Positions 1-14,500 of a stretch of 64,000 nucleotides of DNA are shown here, one piece after another. The stretch spans positions 2,547,788 to 2,611,787 of the forward strand of contig NC_092676.1 in assembly GCF_964355755.1 (NCBI RefSeq), given 5' to 3'. The stretch comes from Antedon mediterranea (taxonomy: Eukaryota; Animalia; Echinodermata). The notes under the pieces are model-generated. The model ran no database searches, had not been told where the DNA came from, and saw only the letters and a list, made by a program, of their open reading frames with translations. The translations under genes were made by a program, and so were the position numbers. Position 1 is the stretch's first letter. Each line of letters begins with the position of its first letter.

Positions 1-833
1 TAATATAGACCTACATAAAAAAAACCTATTATTATTATTAATATTGTTTATTGTTACTATAGGCGCGCCTATGCCTGAAGCTATTAGGCCTACCGGTTAC
101 GGTATGCACTAAATATGTCCATCATTATGGGATTAAATATTATCCTTATTTAGGCTATTTATTAAATAATAATATATTACGAACTACTAGGCCTATGTGT
201 AGCCACAAATCGTTAAACGATATATAATTTAAGTCCTACAAGTTCACTGAACTCTAAGTGATTGTAAAAATCATATATTTTATGATATTAATATCATAAA
301 TAATTTAATTATACAATATCAGACTAAATTAGAAGAATGTTAGTTTTGCTAAACAGTCATAATATAGACTGAAACATAAATTAAATGTCATATACAGTAA
401 TAAAAATAAGAAATTGTGTCGTTGGAATTCTACTATACGTATATTTTTGAATATTCATGAGAACAAATTATATAATTTTTTTCATGCGCGCATTTGCGCG
501 CACTAAAATGTGATTTTAAAATAAGTTGGAGTCTTTAATATGCTACAAAATGCACTAGGGTTCGTAAATTAAAAAGTTGCTTAAACGGTAAAATTTCGAT
601 TTACCAAATGATACGTCTATGGCTTGATAAAAATATGATTAATTTGTTAGCTGGTATAAAAACTGCGATATCTCCGTGAAAATTTACTCGATTTTTAAAC
701 GGTTTTTTCGAGAAAAAAGCTCAAAGAACAATGAACAACTGCACAAAGGTCATGCTTCACTATGATGTATTAGAAACTACTGCGCAGCCTCTGTTTACTT
801 TTTTTGTCACCGATGTCATGCCTGGCTTCTTCC
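1..833. mobile_element. Probable end of a TTAA-flanked DNA transposon (Kolobok/Sola3-like); other end outside the window
   Basis: Transposon-like subterminal sequence ending ...CATGCCTGGCTTCTTCC followed by TTAA at 834-837. Confidence 0.35.
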
Positions 834-1074
834 TTAATTAGGGTGTTACGTAATCAGAGCCGACTCTGCAGTGAGCTGCACGGGTAAACAGGATGTTCTT
901 CAAAGGATCGTTATGGGAAGTTTATTACCCTATGCTTAAGCACTACCGCACAGCGTGATACTAATTGGATTAACTGGATAGCTAGGCCGAGTTGTGCCTC
1001 CTCTTATTCTTTACTCCATGGTAAAACATTATAGTGGTAGATTGGTGATATATTATTGTCCAGAAAGTTCTATA

Positions 1075-1335
1075 ACCCAGGTTAATACAGAGTATCCTAA
1101 TTTTTAGTGATAAATTCTGGATAGATTAGTGTCTATGTACCGTAACCCTGATTAATACAGAACATTCTAGTGAAAGATTATAGTCTATGTAACCCTAGTA
1201 AAATACAGAGCATTTTAGTGATAAAGTGATGATAGATTATTTTCTATGTAACCCTGGTAAATACAGAGCATTTTAGTGATAGACTGATGATAGATTATTG
1301 TCTCTGAACCCTGGTTAATACAGAACATTCTAGCA
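1075..1335. repeat. Degenerate tandem repeat, about 50-70 bp unit, about 5 copies
   Basis: Recurrent AACCCTGGTTAATACAGAGCATTTTAGTGATA...GATAGATTA. Confidence 0.85.
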
Positions 1336-1795
1336 ATGCCCTTTCCTGATGTGTACTTTTAAATTTTGTAAATATATAGCAGAAAGTCAATTACAACCAT
1401 AGTTCTGACACTAATATCATGCTCTCGTTCACTAACAAATCATGTCTGCTATTTTTGATGCCCTAACCTCCTCAACTTTGTTTTTCTGTCTGGCTTTTGC
1501 TTACCACAAATAAAGTCATACGCCTAACATGTAATTAAGAGGAAAACAAACAGACGAACAAAACCGTTTAATTACGAGAGCGGACATTTTTGTTTTCCAA
1601 ATTTTATCTAGATACATTCATTAGCATATATTAGAAATTATAATGAACAAACAAACAACAAATATAGATATAAATATTTCAATTTTATTTGTTGTCCTTT
1701 AATAAAATTTCTTCCCACGGAATGGAACTATAGTGTCATAATGCCCCATCTTGCAATGGCATATTTATACTCCTCTCTCTGTGTGTTCCGTACAG

Positions 1796-1813
1796 TGTAT
1801 TTTAGATCCTGTA
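1796..1813 (+). CDS. Candidate 18-nt microexon (CILDPV if phase 0)
   Basis: ctcctctctctgtgtgttccgtacag|TGTATTTTAGATCCTGTA|gtatga; a 15-nt variant with a gtagta donor is also possible. Confidence 0.35.
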
Positions 1814-1940
1814 GTATGACTACGTTTTTGTTAAACTATAGTTTTGTAGTTCAGTATTCTGAACTCAATACTGTTCTTGTCTGTTTTTAATTTTATAGAA
1901 TTTATAGAATAGCAATAGAAAGCATCCAATTGTTTTATTT

Positions 1941-2195
1941 ATTTGTTGGTGCCAATAAATTGTTTGTTTGTTGGTGCCAATAAATTGTTTGTTTGTTGGT
2001 GCCAATAAATTGTTTGTTTGTTGGTGCCAATAAATTGTTTTTTTGTTGGTGCCAATAAATTGTTTGTTTGTTGGTACCAATAAATTGTTTGTTTGTTGGT
2101 GCCGTTAAATTGTTTGTTTGTTGGTGCCGTTAAATTGTTTTTTGTTGGTGCCGATAAATTGTTTGTTTGTTGGTGCCGTTAAATTGTTCGTTTGC
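1941..2195. repeat. 25-bp minisatellite (TTGGTGCCAATAAATTGTTTGTTTG), about 10 copies
   Basis: Units at 1946, 1971, 1996, 2021, 2046, 2071, 2096, 2121 and onward. Confidence 0.95.
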
Positions 2196-2482
2196 ATGCA
2201 TCATACTGTAGTGTCATTGTCTGTCGCCCTCATTTTGTTTTTATCATATCATTCGCTTACCTTCTGTAGTCATTACTTCTTTTCTGTCATTCTAATCATA
2301 GTTATCATAATATTTCAATTATCTTGTTTTTAATCTTTCAATTATTATTTGAATTAAATGTTTCTAAATTGATAATTTAACACAAATTATTTATGAAATC
2401 AGAAATACATCAATTAATGCTTATCCCAATTATTTATATCCATATTAATATTTACTTACATTACACTGTATCGCCCTCTAAG

Positions 2483-2545
2483 GTTAAACTCGTACGAACT
2501 CAAAAGGATGCTTCCGAGTTTCGCACTAGGTCCGTGCAGGCCTAT
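2483..2545 (+). CDS. PPFIBP1: Liprin-beta probable coiled-coil exon (VKLVRTQKDASEFRTRSVQAY), phase 0-0
   Basis: aag|GTTAAA...GCCTAT|gtaagt; 63 nt, open, more GC-rich than its flanks; phase matches the next exon. Confidence 0.6.
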
Positions 2546-5500
2546 GTAAGTTGCGTTCTTAGGTGGATTGTTCAGTAGCGTGTGATGTGCCTGCCATATA
2601 CCTCTTCTGAAAGTTATTTTAGAAAGTGCTATGTCATTCAAAAATAATTTTTCCATGTGAACAGATGTTTACATTTGGAGTGGAAATTTACTGTGTGAAC
2701 ACACATTTAAAATGAATTTTTTTTTAAAGGATGCTTTTTTAAAATTTGAACAATATAGTGCTTTCTATAAATAGCAACTTGCTTTTTGCTACATGCTATT
2801 TGGAGGCAGGCTCTTTGGGGAAAATATCGAAATAGCACAATTTCATCACAGATTTCGTTTTAAATGTACAAGTTCGCAAGAGCCTGCCCCCCCCTTGATT
2901 TTCTCCTTCCTCTGCTTGTCACGGATTTAAGCTATGCTACAATATCACATTGCATTTGTGAATCAGATATTTGTCATTAGTTACATTACACTCGCAACAT
3001 TTCATCTTATAAGTTAATATCAATCAAAAGTATTTTCTTCTTCTGTGGTATGACAGATATAATGGATGTGTGTATTGAACTTCCACTAATAATTATTAGA
3101 ATCACGTTTATTTACACATTGAATAAAGTAATAAACTTATTTCTATTTACCAACCCTCTACTCCTTATTATTTGAATGTCAACATAAACTGCATGGTTTG
3201 AGATTTTTATATATATTTTTTATTTTGCATAATTATTTTATTTATATGAACAAGCTTGCTTTGCATTTATGATATTTTTTATTTTTTATAATTAAATTTA
3301 TTTTCTCACCGTATAAAGTATTTTGATGTTTGTTTAAATTTATTTATTAATTTTCGTAAACCAACATAAAATAAAATTTGACAATTTACACATTTACAGG
3401 AGTGAATTTATTTACCAAAATCCATACCATAAAATATATTAGGATAATAATAAATATGAAATTCATAATCTATAATTATGAATGAACTAAAAATAGTAAT
3501 TTAAATTTTAAATGATTATTAATCTGTATCAGTCGTTAAAGAAGCCAATCATGAAGCAACAACAAAGTGGAAAATATTTAATGATGACGTTTTAGTATCC
3601 ATTGACGTTAGTGAGTGGGAGTCCATATCCAGTGACGTTTATTATTAATTTTTAATATTTTCAATTAACAAATATATTTACTTCAATGCAACAGATGTTT
3701 TCTTTAATTTTTCACTGTGTTTTAAAGCATTTCCATTTTGGCAAACTGTTTGTGAATTTGTCTACACTATCAAACTTTATGTGACAAAAATATGTGATGT
3801 GCTCAAATTTGAAAATGATGATGTCATATCACTACCATATTTGAGCACATCACACTAGTGTGATAGTTAGCTTTACTGTATTGGATATACAGTTGAACTC
3901 TTATTAAGAGATGCCCTTGGGACGTCCCAAATACCTATTATTGGAGGTATAAACCTCGTCAACACTGTTGTTAGTAAAATTAAACTTATCATTAAAAAAA
4001 AAAATATGCATGTTGTTAGAGCTCTGAATAAAGTCTGTTTTTCACTAAAATATTAAATAATTTTGAAATCAATTTATTGGTGTATTTGTTATTATAATAT
4101 CAAATAATTTAATTTACTAATTATCTTTGAAATATTTTTTTGATTGACGTTAATTTATTAGATATTTTTATTTACTAATTTTTAATAATATTTTATTCCA
4201 TGTTTATTTAATTATTTTGACATTTTTGATATCTTATTTCTTCCATAGAATGAAATTAAAAATTTGGAAGCAAAATTGAATGGGCTCAGAGATACAGGTA
4301 AAATTAGACACAAAGAGTACTAAAAAAAGAACAGTTGTGGATTTTGTTTAACCATATTAGTAAAATATGGTATATTAACTGAAATTTAATTAAAAATATG
4401 TTTAGTATAATTTAATAACCAAGGGATGTTTTGTTATTACTAATATTGATGATGAAACTATGTAATTACCTTCTGGTTTATAAAAATTTAGATACGGAGG
4501 CAATTAAATTGAAAAAAGCAGTTGAGTCGTTGATGTCTGCCAATGAGGAGAAGGTAGGTTTCCTTAAGTCATGTCTACACTATCAAACTAGTTTGACAAA
4601 AAAAGTGTTATGTGCCCAAATATGGCAGTGATATGACATCATCATGTCCATATATGGGCACATCACATGTTTTTGTCGCATAAAGTTTGATAGTGTAGAC
4701 AGAGCTTTGGAAATGGTTCAGATGAAATAAATGATAGGTGATGGTAAAGGTGGTGTCTTTGGCTCTTGCGTTGATGGGGAGGTTGCATTTGGAGACAATT
4801 CGTTTGTTTATTACTAAAATATGAACTGAAATCAAGGTTATGTATGTATAATCATAACATTACAGTCAGGTCACAACTATTATCCATTTATTTGGTCCTT
4901 AAAGAATCCTAATAGGTGTCCTACTGTTTTTTATGGAGATTTGACCAACTAACACCTGTTTGGTCTTCCTTGCCGTTTATGTCTCTGTTTAAATGTATTT
5001 ACCAGAAATTGAATAAATAATGACAAGCAAATTAAACTTTTTTTTCCAACCTAGGAGATGAAAATTGAGGAGCTTCGGCAAAGCATCAATTCTTACAAGC
5101 GCATTCAACAAGAAATGGTGCTAACAACACAGGGTAGTCAAAAGGGACTGGACTTGCAAGAGGAGGAAGAACTGCAACTGGACAGCAGTCCATCGGTCAG
5201 CTCAGCAGGCAATTTAGACCAAGATGAAACCATCAGGGACCAGGTAACATTGTTGGTAATCAATTAATTAGGGAGTGAATTTTTTTATTTACTAAAGCAG
5301 TTTATTTTGTGCTGGGCTTACCTGAATAAACCAACATAGATCTTCTCCACTCCAGTGGAAAACAGTATTATTTTCTAACATGGTTGTTAATTTTACCTTT
5401 TCAGGAGCGGCATCAAGCCACGCTACACATCAACCTCGCTGGACCAAGCGCTACATCAACACCAATCAACGCACCAATACCGCCCCCAGTCTCTGACGAT

Positions 5501-8500
5501 GGTCTGCTTCGGCCACGAACTCTGGATATTATTAGTCAAGAAGAGGAGTACGGTCAGCAAGTACGATCCTCTAGCATGGACAATATGAAAAGACCTCATC
5601 ATCTATCAAATAATGTAGGTGTATTTACGGATGATAGTGTCGGTTCTTATATTGAAATTTTTTTTTGATAACTAGCTTCATTTTAGCATATACCTTTTCA
5701 TTTCTTATATGAGAAATGAAATTCGAATTATCAAAAACTGCTGTGATATGTATTTGTAACATGTTGATAATACATGTTTGTCAAGTGTATAGGACACAGG
5801 ATCAAAGTGGGTTAACTGGTGACTCGTTTAGGGGTTGAAGGGTACACAAGTAGACCATACACATTAAGAGACAAAGGATACAATAAATGTTATCACCTAA
5901 TTTTTAAAAATATACATATTTTCTTATGCTAAAATTAGAGGATTGAGAGGGCCTCAGTAGAGGGGGAGGGGGGAGTGGTGAACTTATGACTTAGTTAGGG
6001 ATTGAAAGGTACATAAATCCATATAGTAGACTAAGGATTATTTATACTTTTTATTTGAATCGGTTTTTTACTATTGTGAAAATAGTATTCAGCAGCTGGA
6101 GTCTATAGCACACTGCCCTCACCAAAGACACGTAACTTTCTGGACGTCCATCATTCTGAACCAACGACACCAGAGAGGATGAAGAGAAACAAAACCAGGG
6201 TCTCCTTCGGAAAAGGAATCTTTAAGCGAAACACCAACAAGATGCAGAGCGCCCCCAATCTGAGTAAGTTCAAATTAATTTATTTAATAATTTTCTTTCT
6301 AACCTTATGATACTATTAATGCAGGGTTCTCAAAACCAAACTTTTGCTGGTTGCTTACAAGCTCCTCAAGCTGCTAAAAAGATCTAAAAATGTTTAGGTA
6401 GCAATAACTAGGAGGTTGAGGAGTTAGGTATCCTAAAAATAGACCAGACAGATATTAGCCTATTGTCAAATAACTTGGAGTTTATTTACTGCCCTCTATA
6501 AAAAACAAACAAGAACTTTCTTAGTTTATTTGCTGCCCTCTACATATGAAATGGAACAGACTTAAAAAAAGAAATTTTTTTTTAAAATTTATTTATTTTT
6601 TATTTGAAATGAAACAGACTTGCTTAGTTGACTTTTAGCAGACAAATTAGTACATTTTACTGAGTACAGCTGAGTAGAAGAAGTTCTATACATTCTATCC
6701 GTAATTTTCCTTAACAAACCTATTTTGCTTATCATTGTGTTTTGCCCTAATATATTGTTCGTATGATTAAGATCATTTCTAATTAGTCACTGATTCCTGA
6801 GGCCATATTAATTAGTCTATTTTAGTGAAGAATACATTCAACATTTATAATAATTAGTACGCTGAAAGGTTTACTAGTTATGTCATTGTTACCATGGTGA
6901 TATAACATCAGTTTTTTTTAGTACTAATTACATTTATCTAATAAATCATTATTTGCATTTTATAATCATAACATGTCAACCAATTAAATACAAAAAGCTT
7001 TAATAAAACAATCTTTAATAACACTATTTATCTGTTGTTTTCCTACCAAATAAGGTCATGTATACTTTTCATCATATAAGCAATTGTTTTAGAAGATTTT
7101 TACCAATAATTGGATCTAGCATTTCCGAAACGTGTCGGCATTAACATTTAGAACATTCTGTTTGACGATTACCTTGTGGTGTTTTTATTGATTTCAAATT
7201 TTGTTGGTATCATTTTGAGACACGACCTTAGCGTGTATCCTTCTTAATTAAAATTAAACAAAACATTGACATTTAGGATGTTTTGTACAGAGCCTTCAAT
7301 TTTCGTATTTACATAAAACTGAACGTTTAATACTGTATTCATCTTTTTAGATTAATTTTCTTAATGTTTAGCATTCATGAATGTTTTCATTCTAAAGATT
7401 AATTTTGATTAAATTACAAGAACATGTTATTAGTGGCAATATTTCCATTTATGTCATTTGCATATAAATACAATATATATATATATAGAAATCGTGTGTT
7501 CCTCTCAAATTCAAATTCAACAAACATTTATTTCATCAAATGCCATACAAATATTACAGAGCATAAACTGAAGACCAACCTAAAAGTAAACTTGTCTCAG
7601 TTGGCCCTTAAAAAAATAATAAGAACAAGTGAGATACAAATAGATAGAATAAAAACCTGGCAAAGATAAATTCTCCTAAAAAAACAATTAATACAAAGTC
7701 ACATAATTCTTGTGTTGTTGTAATGTACCCCAATAGTAATATAGTTTCATACTGTACATTCTAAAAGTTGTGAGGTAATTTCCCGATAGATCGTAATCAA
7801 AACGGTACTGGGTTTGTCTACTAGCATTCCTGCTCCCAACCAGTAAATCCATTCATAGAAGCCTTTATGAAGTAAAGCCTACCTGGTGGTGGCCATAGAA
7901 CGGTCCCGAGATAACGACTATATTTCGGCTTTTAGTCGATAGAAGTTTGAAAAAATTGTTAGAGATAAAGTATACAATGTTTGATTATGTGTAGATGTGT
8001 GATTTGTTCTTTTATTTAAATTATGTTCTGCATAAGGAAACATAGTTTAGTTTTTAAATACTGCTTAAATCAGTGATTCAACTAAATTGCTAGATACAAT
8101 GTTTACATTTATGAATTTAATATTTATTTATTCCTTTCTAATGTTTCTATAAATATGTGCATTAATACCAATTAGATAATTAAATAATTGATGGAATTTT
8201 CATGATATAATAATATGAATTCCATATTTATTTATTCGTTTTAAATGTTTTCCTAATTATTTAATTTCATTCATAAATGTGAATTTGTATAACCCCTTGG
8301 ATCAAACATAATTTGATCTGCGGAATGTTTGTTCCATATTTATTTATTCATTTTAAATGTTTTCCTAATTTTTTAAGTTCATTCATAAATGTTAATTTTT
8401 TTTTTGGATCAAACATAATTTAATCTCCGGAATATTTATTCCATATTTATTATTTATTCCTTTGAGTTGCATTATGTATGTATTATTTTTTGAAAGGTCA

Positions 8501-11500
8501 GACAGTTGATTATATACTGATTATATTAACTGGATATTAGAATATTATTAATGAATGAAATTGATATCAAGGTATTTAATAAAAGCTTAGAAATTTCTTC
8601 TGCTTTATAAACTACAATTGCGTTAAGTATATCTGGTATTCGTTCCCGGGAGAAGTCAATTATTCCGAATATATTCCAGTCAATTTCGTACGGATTGTCC
8701 GCTTCATTTAGGAGCTTATTTAATGAGAGCAGAGTCGTTGTTTGTAGTTCATGACCAATTGATAATGATATGTAAACAATTGGTTGAGAATTTCAAGTTT
8801 AAGTCGGTCGATAAAGTAGTGTCAAGCCGAGTGAATTATATCAATATTTTGGTTATGATTATTAAATTTAAATTGTAATATTAGATTTCAATATTTGACA
8901 TATTTTGTTTCTATTCATAATTATTTTCACAATTTTCGTATTCTGTTGTTTATTATCATTTTAAGGAATACGCCAAAATATTTACTCCAAAATATTTACT
9001 CTAACCATTATCCTTTGCTTTTAAACATATACCATGAGTGTAATCCCACCCCCCATTTAATCTTAATTCGAATATACAAGATATCAGTAAATTCCAATAG
9101 TGAAATTCAAGTACAATTCTACTCTAATTTAATAACTAAGCCCATGGGACTATACTATATTTTCATCAACTAAATCTATATTTCCATTTAATAAAAATTT
9201 CACTCTTCCCTGAGTATTCTATCTTTGTTGGGATGAATTGTTTCAATTTGCTGGTCATCTTACTATCCACTCACCTTTAGTAGTAGTCCACCCAAAATAA
9301 AGCTCATTTTATTTTTAACACATCACCAAGAATCTCTGGAGAACTGAAAATTATGGTTTTTTTTCCCAACCATTCTTTCTATATATAATCCATCTCTTAA
9401 ATCTAAATACATCTTTGCATCCCCTACACATTGAGTCAATATTTTTAATATAGAGCTTATTTTTTAAATTATATATTAATGAGATGAGATAATTCTTTGG
9501 AAGTTTAAAGTCCCTTTCACGTTTATTGATGAGTAATCAAGGAAAAGGAGAAGATCCAGAATTTGGGAAATCAGGAAGAAAAAAGTAATAAATTATTAAA
9601 ATGATTAAAAAAAATAAATTATAAATATTAATATTATTACCGTATTATGATAGATACCAATATATATGCGAGATTGGAATGGATTAGGCTACCCGCCAGA
9701 CTGTCTCTACATCTGTGTGCAGCTAATCCTACTACTGCCATCATTAATATCTATTTTTTATTAATAAATATTAATATTCATCCTCCATTAGAAAGCTAGA
9801 GTGTTTTAAACAAAGACATTTGACCTGTAGTATACTATAACACAAATTGATTGCTCTAATTCAAAACTGATTATAATGACCCAACGACGTGCCATGGACG
9901 AGCCTCCGGAATCATTTTATCATGCTTATCAAAAGTTTATATCTTTGTCATTATTTAGAAAAAAATTTGTTATGCTTGAATAATTTTTCCAACATTATTT
10001 TTGAAATAAATTCTAATTAATCTGTTTGTAATTACCTCCTCGGTCAATCTTGATTATATTAACAAGTGAGATTACAGGTATCGAACTTGATATCTAAATA
10101 TAGATATGATGTCATCAGTAGTTGAACAATAAAATCGATGAAGCGTGAAGCATCGAATTGATGATAATGGGTTAGGAGTTTGAGCCAGTCAGACTTGTAT
10201 AATATTTACATCACTTGTTTGCTTGATAAGCCACGTTCAAAATCTATGTTACGTTTGTTTTCAATGTCAAAGGTCGGTGTGATCTTTAGACTGGGAACAA
10301 TTGTGAAAACAGTGTGAGGTGTTTTAGTTTGTTCTTAACCACACTTGAGTCTGGAGTTAATTGATCCAACCGAGCAGCTAGCTCATGGTGGTTGTGTGAC
10401 AACATTTTAAACTTGGGGCTTCTTATATTGTTGGATATATCAAGTACCAGTGTACAGAAAGTAAGTTGAAATATTTAGTAACTAAGATTATATTTGTAGG
10501 ATATGAATGTTTATACAGTCATATCTCTCTATTAAACCGGTCTTCCTTGAACTGGCCTGAATTTGTGGTATTCTGGAAAGTCTGGTTTCATAATGAAGTT
10601 TACATAGGGAAATATTTCAGCTGAGGACCATAGGAACATTTTCTGTTATTCAAAGATCTATTTTTTGGGGAAATTAACTTATTTAGAAAGCTTTTAAAAT
10701 TCAGATATTAAATATAAACACTATTTTTAGGCTAATAACAAAATATATTAATATATCAAGTAATATTAAAAAAAGATAAACGAATCTATATTAGTTTTGA
10801 CATGGAGGAAACAATATATTATATTTTCCTTCAGTGGTTTCAGTTTAGTAACAAAATTAGGAAATAATCTAATGTTCATGACCTTTTTGATCTTCGAAAC
10901 GTAATGAACAATAAAAAAACATAAACATTAATATTGACATTTTATACATATGTTTGCGTGCGAAAAAGTAAAGAAACACAGTTTTTTATTACCTGCATTA
11001 TGTATAACATTAATAGATGCTATTAATGGTTGTAATAGTACAATATATGCCATATTAGTTATTGCGATAGTAAAACTGTGTTTGTAATAATATCTCTTTG
11101 TGGATTTCTGACATTTCCACTTTGTCATGTCATAAATGGACGGACATAGTGGTTTAGATTAGATGAGGTTATTTGGAGGACGAACTGTCAAACTTACCAA
11201 TGTTCATTTGTCAGATTATGGTGTTTCCACCAACTTTTACTTGATTCTCTAGATGTTATATCTCAAAATGATCTATCGTAACAATTTCAATATGATTACA
11301 GCAGATTTGAGTAGTGTGTTTTAAAGTTTTCCATGTTTTAACTATCATAAATTGGGATTATTGGAGAATAAAAGCATAGATAACTTAACAGTAATGTACA
11401 AACAACTAAATGGGGCGTACTCTAGGATTGACCAAAAGCGTACACCTCGTTTTAAATTTGATTCTTTCACAATAGACATGAGACGTATTTCTAAAATAAA

Positions 11501-14500
11501 TAACCTATTTCTAATTGTAGTGAATTTATTTTAGTTGGTTCCGAGCTTTCTCAGGCGTATATATTTCCACGCGACGTACACAGCTGTCACTGAATGATAA
11601 CTCATACAAAAAGTATATTTAACTCAACTAGAACTTTTATTCCTTGTAATTCGATTAATACATCTTTCTACCACTACCAGTCAAGCCTTAATATTTTCTT
11701 TATCATCTTTCCGTTTATCTACCCTGATCTTATTCTCTCTTCTCCTTAATATCTATTACATTCCACTTTTATACTGGACATGCAAATTTTAGGCTTCAGA
11801 GGAGGATAACATTTTCCCTCCAAAAATTATACGATTTTGATTGGCTAATAATATAAGGCGGACCTGGTCTAAAGCATCCTTCTCTAAACACAGAGAATCA
11901 CAACATAAATAATATGACACTAATTCATAACTCTGCTTCTGGTGGTCTGTATCAATAGAGCATGAGTAAATAATAGTATCCATGCACTAAATATCCACAA
12001 AATTAATATTGGCCCATGGGACTATACTCGATCAGTATTAGAAACTTTAGTTACTCCTTTATTAAAGTAAAATAATGTGTAATTTGTAGACTTTGGACTG
12101 TAAACTATTTCTAGAATATTTGTGTATCTAACCTTTGATGAGCGATAATGCTGATATTAAAGATCAGGTTTGTTGTAACATGTGTTGTCAATGAGTTGTT
12201 GGTGAAATGATTTCAGAACAATAGCGTTAATAAAGTTGATCATGTGACAGTTAGCAGTGTCAATAAGAAGCCTAATAAGCGTAGTGGTGTTCATTATACC
12301 AACACGCACATGTAAGAATTATTAGATTAATTGCTGTTATGTAATATAAAATCAATGGCGGATAGGATTTTGAAATAGGGATGGAATGAATGGCTGGCTG
12401 AGCTTGATTTGATGTCCTATCTTTTGCATTACAAATTGCGAAGTTTAGGGAGTTGGGGGCCTTTAAATAATAATATAATGATGGTAGCCTAATACAATGT
12501 TTCTAAGCACTTTACACAAAAAAAGGATCATTAAAATATTTAGTAGGTGTATTACAGATGCCACCTTAGTTCTCCTTTAATAGGGTGTAGTATTAGTGTC
12601 TCCTATAATTGTGTTACTTAATTTCTTACGCAAATGTTATACTGGAACCGTCTTTTGAAAAAGATGATGGTAAACATATTGAAACGAGACATTATCAACC
12701 TTTACCTACTTTGTTTTTAAGGAAATTGGGAGGTACGACGCAAACATTACTAGTGTTTCTCAACCTTAAAACATTTACAAAATATTAATGCATTGTCAAT
12801 ATATTTGTTTATACAAGTTAATATATTATGCAATATTATTAGTGTATTAGAAATTAAAATTGCTAAAATAAAAACAATATCTTTTATTCGATCAAGTAGA
12901 AAGTATTGTATTTTGAAAGTTGGTTATAAAAGCACGATATTATATAAACAATTTCTAATAATATCACAATTTATGATAGATGAACATATTAGGATCATAT
13001 TGAATATAATATTTCCAGCAATAAGCACGTAGGACGGACACAATGATGTATCGTATATCATAGTTATTATTCCCGATGAAACCGTCAACACTCCACTGCC
13101 TTTATTCAGATGTTTTTATCTCAATAGAACCGTACATTAGTTTCATTAATCAACTTTCAACTCCATAAGCATTTATGTATAACTTTAATGATAACCAAAA
13201 GATCTATAAATTTAAAGTAAGAAAAAGTAATGACTACTTTATGAAATGCATTTTGATTGATTGGATTTTTTGACGTTTATTATGTCATCATCAGGAATAT
13301 TGCTAGCAAAAAAAAACTTCTCTCAATCTTTATTTGAAATTGAATCTTAAGAAACAAAAAATTCATGCACAAATTATAAAGTATTGTCACCTAAAAACAA
13401 GAAAAATAACGATCAATAAATTAAACTTCGAATAGGCCATTTTGAATAGGTAATTTTGTAGTTTTAATCAAATTAAATTAACAAAAATAATAATTTCGCT
13501 TATAAAAAAGACCAAAAAAGGTTAACTTTAACCACAAACTTATTGACTTCCAAACAATTGGTTTCCGGTTGATTTTTTTTTTCTTTAATTATGTGGCTTT
13601 ATTGGGTAAATTTGTTTTCTATCCAGTATTTGCTAAAAACTATAACTATTATGTGATATTAACACATTTTTTTAAAGACAGACAATGTCTAATTTAGTTT
13701 TTTTTAGCTCTTATAAATGTGTTTTCATACTTATATGCAACTTTTGATTGTCATGACATAAGAAATCTATGGTTTAGTCTTGATCACTATAGTATAAAAT
13801 CAACTATTTGTACATGGTAATTTTGAAAATGTAACCAATTACAGTTAGCAGGACATACGGTTTTAACAGGCAATGTCCTTTTCAACTTTTACAAATGTGT
13901 AATTTCTTACTATATATATTTTGTAAGATTATGTCCTATCAACTGTGTAAACAGCACATGTGTAGTGAAATATACCACTGAAAGTACATACAAAAATAAA
14001 CAGACAGTTTAAAAAAAGGTTTACAACCTTGTTGAACTTTATACTGTTAAAATTGAATATTTTCTTTGAAGGTGTGTTCTTGTATTTCAAGTACTGCTTG
14101 CCGCTTCCTTCTCTAGCTACAGTACTCTTCAGTACATTTTTTAAACCCAAGCCTCACTATAGTCTCTACTTATTTCGTATACCTCTGGCTATTCTTACCA
14201 AATCCATACTTGCCATATTTGACCAATACAATAATATTTGACCAGTACAATAATAATCTAATTGTCCATGTATTGTCGAAGCTAGATACATTCTACAAGG
14301 TATTTGACCATTTAATCCAATTTATTTATTGTACATATCCGATAAATTGGAGGTTATTAAATTTCCATGGCAATAGGTACTGTAGAGAACCATGTATTGC
14401 CACAGGCTTAAATAAAGACATTATCATTTTTGTTTGATTTTTTTTTTAAATGTAAAAATTTAGCAAATATTATTCCACCACCTACTCACCCTTTACTACA

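Noticed and set aside
1865-2333. ORFs of 71 aa on both strands
   Set aside because: Translations of the 25-bp minisatellite.
3533-3610. AG...GTGAGT-bounded 78-nt open segment (VKEANHEATTKW...)
   Set aside because: Open only as phase 1-1, while the flanking liprin exons are phase 0; no homology recognised.
12722-12732. aag|GAAATTGGGAG|gtacga microexon-like segment
   Set aside because: 11 nt, frameshifting; likely chance.
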